Assembly (NCBI GenBank): GCA_013239625.1 | Contig: MU056703.1 | Location: 2,035,185 to 2,099,184, forward strand | DNA: 64,000 nucleotides | Direction of reading: 5' to 3' | Source of the DNA: Lama guanicoe | Taxonomy: Eukaryota | Shown: one piece after another, positions 47,301 to 58,780 of the stretch | Layout of the letters: every line of letters starts with the position of its first letter | Numbering within the stretch: position 1 is the stretch's first letter | The notes under the pieces: model-generated | What the model was told of the DNA's origin: nothing | What the model saw: only the letters and a program-made list of their open reading frames with translations | The model's database searches: none | Translations under genes and position numbers: made by a program

Positions 47301-49658
47301 CGGGTCCAGCCGCCGTCCTGCGGCCTTTCCACCCAAGTGGTTGCCCCTCGGGCAGGTGGCAGGTGGCAAGGCCTCCCACCCTGGTCGGGGAGGTGAGCGC
47401 AGCCCCAGGTGGAGAGGGCTGGCTCTGCCTGTAAAGCAGGTTGGTGATAAAAGTGTCACTGCACGGAGTGGGGTCGGTGGAGTGGTCAGTACCTGTGACG
47501 TGTGTACACGCACCTGCCACAAGGCGGTCTGTCCTCCTCGTCCCAGGACGCCGTGTCGGGCAGCACGGGTGGGCAGACGTGCCGCGGCGTGGTTAGTTGG
47601 CAGGACGCTCGGTCCCACTAGAGGAGGGGAGGGACTCCTAAAACACCGGGCTGGCTCAGGCTGGCTGGGTGGGGACCAGCCAGGACCCCCTGGGTGGCAC
47701 TGACAGGCCCTCGGGCTCCAGACGCCCATGTGCCCACCCGACCCACGACCCCGGCTCACCACGCAGCACTGATGCCGCTCTGTGTGGCCGGCAGCTTGGG
47801 CAAAGCCAGAGCTTTGCTCCTCACTGCCATCAGGATCCGGCTTCCCGGACCGGGGAGGAGCTGACGGCCCGGGAAGGAGGCGCCCTGGGAGCCGTGTGCG
47901 GGCAGGGACATGCGCTTATCTCGGGGGTGTCCGGGCAGGGGCCAGGGAACCCTCTGGTCCTCTGCCTTCTGCTCCAGGCAGCTGAGCGTCTCTGTGAGGA
48001 TCGGAGGTCAGCTGAACGTCAGCCCTGTTTAAACACATGGCGTCTGAGGGGACACGTATCCCCCCACCCCCGGCACCTCCCGGAGGAGCAAGGGCAGCAT
48101 GTCCACCCTCGTCCCTGAGGATCAGCTCCCCCTCCCTCGGCTGCAGTTTTAAGTCAAGTGCAGTGACTACGGGTTCTCCCCGCTGGAGGGGGACCTGTGT
48201 TCACGGTGTCACTGTCCTTCATGTCGCAGGAGAGGGGAGTCCCTCTCCACCTGGGCAGAGATGTGCTCACGTTCCCAGACCTCCATCGCCCCTCCCCCTG
48301 CACGCTAGAGCCTAACGGAGCTCAGAAAGGGGAACAACAGTTTGTGACAACAGCACGATTAAACTAGTTTAAAATGTGTTTCTCTGAATTAATGCACTCA
48401 GGGGACTTAGGAGGTCACTCAAGTACTCGAAATTACAAGCCCACAGAACAGTAATCACCACACAGACAGCAAGCACGAGAGGCTTTTTTTAAATCCAGGG
48501 CATTTTCCCCGAGGTCGTGATTAAAATAAATCGGTGATCAAAGCTGCTTCCACGGGCAGGGGCGTCTCTCTGTGTCCTGCCCGTGTTCCCGCGAGGAGAG
48601 GTACTCAGCAAAGGAGTCTGGTTGCCTGGCTTGGGGTAGAGGTTTCAGTCTGTTACCAAAGCAGAGAATTCCGAGAGCACGTGCTTCCATCAAGCGCTCG
48701 CGTTGCCCTGCGGCCTCTGTGGGTGTGGGCTTCAACACCCAGAAACTGGAATCTGCAGCGACCGGGCCGGCGGAGGCGGAGTGGGGCACCGAGGGCTTCC
48801 CGCGGCATGGCTTCCTGGCAGCTCTCGGTCACGGGCCCGGCGGCCCGGCCACCCGAGGCCGTGGGTCAGGGCCCCAGAGCCAGGACTGGCCCCAGGGGAA
48901 CAAGCGGCTGTCATGGCGGCCGGGCTGTGAAGTGGGGGTGGGTGAATTCTGATGGAACTCAGGAGGGAAGCCTTCATGGAGGAGGGGACAGCAGGAGGAG
49001 GGCAGGGGGCAGACCATCGCAGCCGGGGAGCTGTTTGCCACATGCGGCTGGGAGGGGCAGGCAGCAGGCGGGGGCGGTTCCCGAGAACGCAGGCTGCGGG
49101 ATCACACGCCAAAGTGGCAGCGATGGGACTGGGGGGGGCCGTGGCCAGAAACTCCAGGTTTGGTTTTGACGTGGGACGACCGGGAGGATTTCTCCTGCCA
49201 CCGAGCCACACTGGGGCCAGCGAGCCAGCCCCCACCTTCACAGCTGGGTGTCCCTGGCAGCTCACTCAAGCCTCTGGTGTCCTTGTCTGTACTGTGGGTG
49301 ACCGCGTTCCCCCTGGCACGAGGGCGGCGTCGCCGACCGAAGGAGCTGCCTGGGGCGCCCCCGAGGCTGAGAGTGTGAGACTGAGACTCGAGGAACCAGG
49401 CACCTATGGACGTGCATGTTGATGTGACCTTGGGGCCGGTGGGGGGGTTCAGGGCGCTTGGGTCTGGGGTGTGAGGGGGGCCTCCCCCCGGCTGTGGTCA
49501 CCGTCCAACTGTGAGCAGCCATGAGTGACTCACCTGTGTGCCTTCTTGACCCAACCCTCAGTCTGGCTGGTCTCTTGCCCCAGAAAGGGTCACGGGGGAG
49601 TGGGGAATGGAACTTGAAAGCGCAGCGGGGCCGGACAGGGAGGGCCCCGGGGAGCCCT

Positions 49659-50352
49659 TGCGTCAGCAAGCTCAGGTCCAGCTGTTCGCCACTCTGAAGC
49701 CTGTGCTCTCGAGGCAAGTGTTGGTAGAAAGGAAAGGCTGCTTTATTCAGGAGGCCAGCAACCTGGGGAGAAGTGGCTTCCTGTCCCAAAAAGCCAGCTC
49801 CCCACTGCGGATGGAGGGGCAAGAGCCCTTTACAGGGGAGTCTCAGGGGTGCACAGGCGCAGGAGGGGCCACGTGTGAGCAGCATGGTCAGCGCCGACAG
49901 TCCTCCTGAAACTGGTCACTGGCCGGTCTTGACCTTGATTGTGCTCAGTGCAGTTAATCTCCAGGCCCAGGATGGGTCTGTTCCCGTCTCTTTGAGGCCA
50001 GTTCTCGGAACTGTGCCAGCTTCTGTCCCGGCTACAGTCTGGTCATTGTGGAGCTAACGTCTCCTCCTGGAGGGAGGTGTGTGGCTTCAGCTTCTGCAAA
50101 ACAGCTCAAGGACGTGGCTCAGAATATTGTCAGTAGCCCCTGAGGAGGAACTAAAGGTCCGTGACCTTGTCTAATGGCTAAACTATTAGTGTTTCTTTTG
50201 CTTGACTGTTTTCCTGTGCTTCTGAATTTTTTCACTTCTCTGATTAAACTTATTCTTTGGCTAAAGTTTTTGTGCAGACAACTGGCAGGCGGGGAACATG
50301 GGGGTGTGGGGATCTGTCCCAGGAAGGCCCCATCGGGTCCTGCTCTGTTGCA
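49659..50352 (-). mobile_element. ERV1-class solo LTR (laurasiatherian/artiodactyl type)
   Basis: CTCAGGTCCAGCTG.TCGCC.CTC...GAGGCAAGTGTTGGT.GAAAGGAAAG..TGCTTTATTCAGGAGGCC (minus-strand AATAAA) ...GAGGAGGAACTAAAGGTCC.TGAC...CTGATTAAACTTATTCTTTGGCTAAAG...CTGCTC.GTT.CA. No clear TSD. Confidence 0.75.
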
Positions 50353-53300
50353 CACAGTCTGGGTCCCACCTGTCAGTCACCAGCAAGACCAAGGGCGAGG
50401 GTCCAAGACCTCTCTTCTTGGTCGTGAAGCAGGGCTGGCGACCTTGACCCCACAGATGATTTGGAGGCACACGGAACGCACTGGGGGCTCCTGGCCTCCC
50501 TTCTCCGCTGGATAACTCTCCAGTTATCTTGAAAGGTTTTACGACCCTGCAGGTCCCTGAAGACCCACCCGCCGGCCCTTCTCCTCCTCTGGCAGTGGAG
50601 GTACACACGCCACCAAACAGCGGCCTGTTTCCAACACTGGCCGGTCAGACTCGGTGGACGACCGAGTCCAGGGATGTTCATCGGACCCCAACGGGTCCCC
50701 CTGGATCCAAGGGTCACCCAGGATTGTGGGTGACGCCTCTCACTGTTGGTCTTTTGGTTTGGCCAGTAAATCAGATGACTGCAGAGTTTTAGAAACCCTA
50801 ACCTAGCCCCTTCTTTTATAGAAATGACCCCCAGACCGTGTGGAAGCTCCAGTCTTGCGCGAGTCCAGGCTGGTGGGGGGAGGTTGGAGACGGGTCCCGA
50901 CGCCGCTTCAGAGGGGCCCTCCCACCAGCGGGAGGGGCTGTCAGTGACTCTGCAGTGAGAAAAGCGTGAACTGACTTTGTCTTCGGTGTGGCTTTCATTC
51001 CTCTTCCTGGAAGTGCCTTTTCCCCCAGCTTTACCCCCTGGTGCTGCCCGGCTCTGGACAGACAGTGACGGACCCTGGGCTTTGGTGCCGTGCAGACCAC
51101 GTGCACTGCACCTTCTCCGTCCCCCCGAGATCCATCATCTAAGACCCAGATTTTGACCCAGGCTGAGAACACAGCCAACTGAAATCTTGTGTTTGCAGAA
51201 ACACCCCCATCCCCACCCCCACAGTCCTTCTCCGAAGCTAACCCTGCTGCCGAGAGAAGACATGGACCCAACCGAGTCTGTGGCAGGGCGGAGACGCCTT
51301 CTCGACCGCACCTTCTGCTGACCTGACCCTGGAAGAGCAGGTCACGGTCCTCGGGGAGCCAACAGAGCCACCATGTGCTCCCCTACAGTTTGTGAAGATG
51401 CCCACCTGCTTTGATGATGAAAGAGATTAAAAACAGACACCACCAAACAAAGCAAAAGTATCAACCAGTCCAGGGCAGAGTGGATTTGTGCCAAGCTGAA
51501 AATTCTCCAGGTCAGCCCTTTCGCTGAGACAGAGGGCTTTCCCAGCGTCAGAGATGAGTGGTTTCTGTGGGCACGGGATGTCCTGGTCCTTCTAAGACAG
51601 ATGGCGTGTCGTCTATGACAGGTACCCACCTACCAGAGATCACGGGCAGCATTTACAAAGTGTCCGAAGACACAGAGGTCTGGGATGGCCCCTTTGATGT
51701 GACTCGTGCCCAAGTCGGAGCTGTTCCTGCAGCCCCACGTCTGTGCAGGACCTGGTCTCTGAGACAGCAGGGACGTCTGTAGCCAAGCAGAAAGGGAACA
51801 GGTCGTACGTGTGATTGTTCTGCGGCCCCAGACAGGCGGAGAATCAAATTGGTCTGGAATCCAATCAGCGTCAACCAGAAAACCGCCTGTCCTGCAGCGC
51901 TGCTTCCTGGGCCCAAACGTCGGCTCTCGCGGTCGGTCACCTCCCTGCCACCCTGTGCCCTCTAACTCTTAGGCCTGGGGGGAGGGAGCCGCCCCAGAGG
52001 AGGGGGCTGTCCCCCGCGCAAGTCCGAGGACCCACGCTCAGGGAGGCCGTCCTGGACGGGAAATCCATGCCTTGTTCTAGTCAGCGCTTCCGATGAAGAA
52101 TGGAACCTGGTTTTCTCGTTTCAGCATTTTCCCGGGGTGGGGGGGGTAGAAGGAGGGCATGGCTAAAACCGCACATTTTATTTGACAGAGATCTGAAGGG
52201 GAGAATTGGAAATGGGGAAAGAATGATAAAAAATGAAGTTAATCTGCAGAGTAGTTATTAGGGACCAGAAGCAGTGAACTGGGAACGGTTGGTTGGAACC
52301 GCAGCACAAGATAGCTAAACTTTTGGTGGATTGAATTGAAATATGTAAGGCTGAACTTCCGAAGTCGCGTTTGACAAAGCCCTCACCAGCCAGCATGACC
52401 GGAGGGAGAAACGCCTGCCACAGGTCTGTGCTCTTCCTGCTCTTGATGAACTGCCCGTTCAGTTTGGGGACGTGTTTCTTCCTCAACGTCTCTTCCCCCT
52501 GGACTTGCTTCAGCGAGTGTTTCTCATTTGAAATAGGTGCTCTTGTTTCAGGACATCGTAACTCACACCAGCGATTCCTGCTCACGTTGCGAAGTCCCAC
52601 AGCTGGATTCAGCAACAACAGAGCCCCGTGCCAGGAACCCCAAGGCAGAGCGAGCGCCAGGCCGGCCCACGGCGCTGCCTGTGCAGCCGAGGGACCCGAA
52701 GACGGGCCCGGGTGGGTGCCTCGAGGAGACACCACGATTATGCAGCTCTGAGAACAGGGCCGCCCCTCTTGTAGTCCGACCAGTTATCTTGAAAGGTTTA
52801 CGACTCACGCTCTGAACTTCTCAGAGCATTTGAAACGATGACATCAACAAGGTGAGACAGTGCGGATCACTGGAACGACTTCGACAAAAGGAAGGGTGTC
52901 AGATTCGGTTCTAACCCTGGCGCCCCACAGCCAGGGCTGGGGTGGGCCGTGAGCCTCTGCCCCAGTGCACAGAGGAGCTGGACCGCCCAGCGGCACGCCC
53001 GGCACTCAGCCAGCCCCCAGTGCAGCCACGACAGGGCCAGGTCTGCGCATCCTTCAGCTGCGCCGTCAGAGTCGCTCCTGAGTGAAAACCACCCTCAGCG
53101 TTTTGTCTTCCCCGATTCTTGGGTATTTGCCCAAGGACTGGGATTTATTTTGCAAAAAAGCACACACACCCCTACACCACGTGCTCACAAACACGGACTG
53201 TGTGAATCTGCTTTTTCTCTCTCCCAGTAATTAACTGACTTTGTAAAGTCGATTCCTGATTGTAGATAAAACTCACAAAGCAGATCTTTAAATAAAAGAC

Positions 53301-54744
53301 AGGGGGAAACGTCTTGGATTCGTCCTGAAACTACCCAGCTCCTTAGTCTCCCGCCTGCCGACTCCTGTGTCCTGAGTCGCGCTCGGCTGCCAGGCTGCTG
53401 CCCTGTCTCTGCGGCGGGTTGGGGGGGCCACAGTGCAGAGGTGGGTGCTGCCGCCCACCGCAAAGGCCACCGCCCCTGAGAACGGGTGATGGAGACCGGG
53501 AGTAACGAGCTGGAACTTCCCGAAAGTAATTCTTCGCAGCACGAAGGACAAGAATAAAACTCTGCCTGACACGGAGAACCCTCCGTGGACTGAGAAAGTG
53601 TAATTTTTCCTGCAGAGAACCCTTGTGGTCTTCTGAGGGCGAGCAGGCGATAGGAAATGTCTTCTCCACGAGGAATTCCTCGTAATTCATAAGCAGCTGA
53701 CCCTAAATGCAGTTGCAAAGGTCATTCTTACTTTATAACGAGAAGAAATATCTAAGGAACTTTCAAACCCTTCATTTTCCTTCCCCAGCCGTGCAGTAGC
53801 CATACATCATGATATAGACTCACCTGCCTTTCTACGCGGGGATATCCACTTAATAAATATTCGGGGTGGGGGTGGGGCGGGTTCCCACGACGTATCCCAC
53901 GGAGAATCTGAAGGGACAGAGTGATGTGCAAGAGTCCAGTGCAACCTTTAAACGTGCAGCGCACTGAACGGGCACCAGGTACTCAGGACGTGAAGAAGCA
54001 AGGGTGACCACGACAGAACTCATTCAGGAAGTCACTGTGAGCGCGAGGCAGACACAGTGACGAGGCTACGGCCTCGGTGGAGGAGTCTCGTCTGAGTAGC
54101 AGTGAGTGACATTTAAATGCCTTACGGAACCCTACTGTTTGGCGGCCCCCTGCTGTGAATTCTTCGGTAAAGCAAAGAATAAATTTAAAATGAACTGGGG
54201 CTGAATTTATGCATTCCGTAAATTTGAATGATTGCATATTGGAGTTTCTTAAAATGGGTGACACATTTAGAAATCACTGGCTTTTACAACCAAGCTGTTT
54301 TTGAACAAGAGCTAATTGTGTTTACGTTTGTTACGAAGATGCGCGGAAACGGGCTATGAGTGGTCACATTAGCCACAGCAGCCAAATGTGAGGACCCACT
54401 TAGCACTGTTCAAATCCAAATTCCGTGCTGGGGGACGTGGAAGCCAGTCAATCTGTGATGCAGGCATCACTCTCTCTTGCATGCACTGAGCAGGATAAAG
54501 GGGCCAGGAGCCAGTTGCCAAGACAGCGAGATCATCAGGGAGGGCATATTCTGCTTTGACGACTTTTGAAACCCAAGAAAAGCGACAGAGAATTTCCTGC
54601 TTAGGCTGGAGTGTATTTATTCTGACTTACGACATGTCAGGATGCTTCTTAAGGTTCAGGAAGGGCGTACACAACTGCAGTGTGTCCAGAGCTCCACGCA
54701 GCTCGCAGACAGCAGGTCTCCTGGCAGGGAGACTGGTTTCCATG

Positions 54745-54895
54745 TGTCCATCCATCCGTGCGTCCGTCGGTCCATTCCTCCGTCATTTTGCAAATATTCA
54801 ACGAGCAGTGCTCTGCCCTGGGGAACGTGTCTGGTGCTGGGAATGCACAGACGCGTGTCAGGTAAGCCCCAACCCTTGAGAACTGCCTGCAGCTG
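54745..54895 (-). mobile_element. L2 3'-end fragment
   Basis: CCATCCATCC...CAAATATTCAACGAGCA..CTCTG.CC.GG..ACGTG.CTGGTGCTGGGAAT. Confidence 0.5.
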
Positions 54896-54899
54896 GCCT

Positions 54900-55065
54900 T
54901 GGGTTTCCCAGGCTTGGCCCAGTAACTCCGTGGGGAGGGCTGCCTGGGACCACGCTTGCAGCCCAGATCCCGGGCCCTGAGCCTCGCACCAGATCAGACT
55001 GCCTCAGGCCACGTTTTTATCAAGTAACTGGACAATTCTCAGTCACACTAAGATTTCAGAATTAA
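54900..55065. mobile_element. Possible MER5-type (hAT-Charlie) remnant
   Basis: CAGATCCCGGGCCC...TTTTTATCAAG....GGACAATTCTCA..CACACTAAGATTTCAGAAT resembles the MER5A/B end. Confidence 0.4.
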
Positions 55066-56130
55066 ACTCGGGGGAGGGTTTAGACAGGAGGAGATAATCG
55101 CATCACCCCTCCTGTGCTGCCGCAGCGATGCGTGCAGGGTTTCAGAAGCCTGAGGAGGCAGGGCACCCCGGATCCCGCCAGGAAGGACCGCGCGCAGGGA
55201 GGGCGCAGCTTTCCTGCTACAGAGGAGCCGCGCGGAGAAGTCCCACGTACCCCGCGGAAAAGCCAATGGTGAGACAAGAAGTTCTCGCCAACTCTAGACG
55301 ACGTTTGGCTTGGTGAAAGGGAAGCTTCAGAATCACAGAAGATAGCCCACCTTGAGCTCTTAAAGAGTCACCTATTACGGCTGCAAACTTTAGTAAAACA
55401 GCCCACGTGGCGGTAACCAGATGGGCAGGTACGAGTTAAAACCGTGCCTTTGTGTACGTACACATGTGTGACATGCAAGCTGTCGCATGTGCGCAGGCGC
55501 GGGCACGTGTACTGACCCTCCTCGGGAAGCGCAGACGATTGGCCCTCGGGGCTCACGTGCCGCCTTTGGACTCCTGCCCCCAGCACTGATGCCGTCCCAG
55601 CAAGCAAGGCATTTGCTAAAATATTTTCAAATGCATTTGGCCCCAGAGAAGCCTGATCGCTTTCTTACTACATGTCATGAATTTATGGGTCAATAAGAAA
55701 CTGAAAGTAACCCACTTGCTGGAGATCCACTCAACTCCTGCTGTAGCACCCCAGCCCCCCCAGAATGTCTCCCGCTCACGGTCGGCGCAGGAGGGCTGAA
55801 CAGGGGAGGGTCAGGCTGGTCGGGGCGCCACCATCCAGAGAGGACAGGCACGGTCCCCAGAGGTAACGTCGTGATGCGTCCCGCCTAGTCCCCGCTTGTC
55901 ACAGTGACCTGCGTCAGAACGCTTCCGTTACGAGGTGGGTCTGTGCTTGTAAAGACCTCTGGTGCTGGAGGTCCCTTTTCTCGTCCCACCCAGCTGGGGG
56001 CGGAGGCGGCAGGCAGGGCTTCAGGGGTTGGGCTGCCTCGATGCTCCCTCGAATGTGCAGTCTCGGCAGCACTTGGGGTCAGCGTGATGGCGCAGACACA
56101 GGGTGCCAACCTCTGACCGCATCTGCTTCC

Positions 56131-56435
56131 TTTTATTCTTTGTTGAACTGCAGGCGATTCAGTGTGTGTGGCTTCTGGTGTACGGCACAGTGGTTCAGTC
56201 ATATACATGTCTGCGTATTCTTTTTCATTACAGCTGTTACAAGGCACTGAATACCGTTCCCTGTGCTCCACGGCAGGGCCTTGCTGTGCGTCTACTTTAT
56301 GTACAGTAGTTTGTGTCTGCAAATCCCGGACTTCCAGTTTATCCCTTCACCCCCTTCCCTGTTGGTAATCACAAGTTTGTTTTCTGTGTCTGTGAGTCTG
56401 TCTGCTTTGTGGATGGGTTCATCTGCATCCATTTG
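56131..56435 (-). mobile_element. 5'-truncated L1 3' UTR, cetartiodactyl type (same family as 26030-26380)
   Basis: TTGAA...TTCTGGTGTACGGCA.AGTG.TTCAGT.ATATAC...GTTCCCTGTGCT...GCAGG.CCTTG...TTGGTAA.CA.AAGTTTGTTTTCTGTGTCTGTGAGTCTG. Confidence 0.8.
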
Positions 56436-58599
56436 GGAAGGGTGTCTCACATTTGCATCCGTTACGTGAATAGGGTGCTTCATACCATCTGCACATGAGT
56501 GAGTTTGCACGTGGGGGTGAATGTTCAAAACCACTTCCGGCATAAGCGCACCCAGTTGGAAGGTGTGGGGATCACTGGGTCCAGCCTGGCATCTTCAAGG
56601 CCGGGGTGGTGGCCAGCCGAGCCCCCCTGGGGAGGCCCCCTCACGGTCACACTGCAAGGGCCCTGCTGCTGCCTTCTGTTCAGACCCAGATGCAGCCGTC
56701 CTTCCTGAAGGACGCGAGAGAACGGGGGTAAGACTGACCTATCATCCAGCCGCTCCTCCTGGTGTGGAAACACCCCGAACAGCAAGGTGCCCTTCGAGGC
56801 CGGAGACCACGAACGTGCCCCTTCAGTCCCAGAAACACTCCGGGTGCATCTCTGTGCGTTTGGGGAAGACAAAAGAAAAATGTGGACTCTCGGCCGCAGC
56901 CTGACGAGTCCCAGGTCCTCCGTCCTGAGCCCCCGAGCAAGTGGCCCCACGTCGGCACAGCCAGCCTGGGGCGGGCCCTGCTCCCCACGCAGGCCCCGCT
57001 GGCCCTTGGCCCCTGGAATCGGGGCAGGTGCGGGCTGGGTGCTGTTGGCTCTGCGCTGCTGTACGGAGACCTTAAAGGGGCAAAGAGGCGGCGAATGGGG
57101 AGCACTTACTGGCACATCCAGCAGGCTGTGCACGGAGCCCTCCCTTCCTGGCGAGGGTGCCGAGCAGGGGGTCAGGTGGACTCTAACGGGACAGGAGGGG
57201 TGTGGACGATGGAGCGGGCGGAGGGAAGCCCGGACAGCCCGCGTGAGGAGCCTCCACCACATCCTGCTGCCTGGAGCCCCCCAGCCAGGTCGGCGATGTG
57301 TCTAACATTTGAGAGTGTCAGGGCGTTCCATTTCCAGTCTGAGATATTTTGAACACGTGGTACATTTTAATAGCCTTAATTATTTAGACCCTCTAAGAAT
57401 CACAGAACAGAGTGAACAGCAGAGGTCTTTCTTATTATTTTATTCACACTTTCATTACCATTAACGTCCGGGTTTCCACCTAGAGCTAGTCTGACGGCGT
57501 TCCCATCTCAGCTGGCAGCACCAGCGCCACAGAGCACGAGGCAGCTGCCCAGAAGCTCCCCGTGGCGCAGGACGTGGCGGCGCCGTGTTCTGTTTGCGCC
57601 TTCACCCACAGAGCCGCCCAGGCTGCACGCGGGAGTGCGGGACTCCGCTCTGAACCCGAGCGATGAGCCCAACGTGTCACACGTTAGCACGGCGCAGACT
57701 TCTGGAGCCCCTGCTCGCTCGCGCTGCTGCTTGAGAAACAACGTGAGGTAAGAGTTCTATGTGCAACGCTCTGGGGGTGATTTTAACACAGACACGGTGC
57801 TGGAGATGACCGCACAGCCCCCCCCCAATGGTGAAAACAGTCGGGGGAGCCGTCCCTGCGCCGGGAGCACCTGCAGAGTAGGCTGGCAACAGCATCGCTG
57901 AAATAGGTAACGAGGTTCGAACCCTTCAACAGCAACAGAAACTGGACGGTCCGGAAGGACGGAGCCTGGCTTGGTGTGTTTACTGCTGACGGTGCATCGT
58001 AGGCGCTGCTTCCTGGAGGCTCGACCTGGACAGGGCCCTCTCCCTGCCCGCCACCTCCCGGAGCCCGTCCGTGCGGCTGAGCCGTGTGCAGCCCCCACCC
58101 CCTCTCGGGCTGCCGTCCATTGAATCCCTCACTATCGAATCCCAGGGTCCCCAAGCTCATCCCAGGATGCAGCACACCCAGCCGTAAGGACTCGTCTCCA
58201 CGTCCTGACGTGTGGTCCTTCCGACACCCTTGGAGTCCACTCTTCAATGTCGAGGGACCCGGCACCTTCCCACGCGTGCAGGTCCCCCACCCTGGGACTG
58301 GGTCTTGCTTCCCTGCACGCAGCCAGACACGCTGCCAGGTCTCGTCTTTGATTTCGAGTCTCACCTGCTCACAGAACCTTCCTCGCCTCCCCGTGCTCTC
58401 GTCACAAAACACAAGGCCCATGGGACTCAGAGTGCGGCCTCCAGACGAGAGGGACCATGAATTTGCCCAGTGAGGGGCCCGGCCCTGGAGGTCCCCCGAC
58501 TCAGATGCTCTGCTCAGACACGGTGGGCCCTTCCCCCGCCTGGACTCCTTTCCGACTCCCAACCTGCCTCCCGTCACCTGCCCATCAGCCCTCAACTGT

Positions 58600-58780
58600 C
58601 TGCATCTCCCCAGGGCTCCCTCGACGTCCGTCCCTGGGCCTGTGTGTCCTCGTTATCTGCTTTCCTGCCCGTGTCGTGTCCTCCGGGCAGGAGAGGCTGT
58701 CACTCCCGCCTCTCAGCCCAGCGTCTGCATCCTGCTTAGCATTAAGAGTGGGCTCCACAAACGTTCTTCGGCAGGAGGGC
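58600..58780 (+). mobile_element. L2 3'-end fragment
   Basis: CTCC..GGGCAGG.G...TGTC...CCCAGCG.CTG.A...TGCTT.GCA..AGAGTGGGCTCCA.AAAC.TT. Confidence 0.4.
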
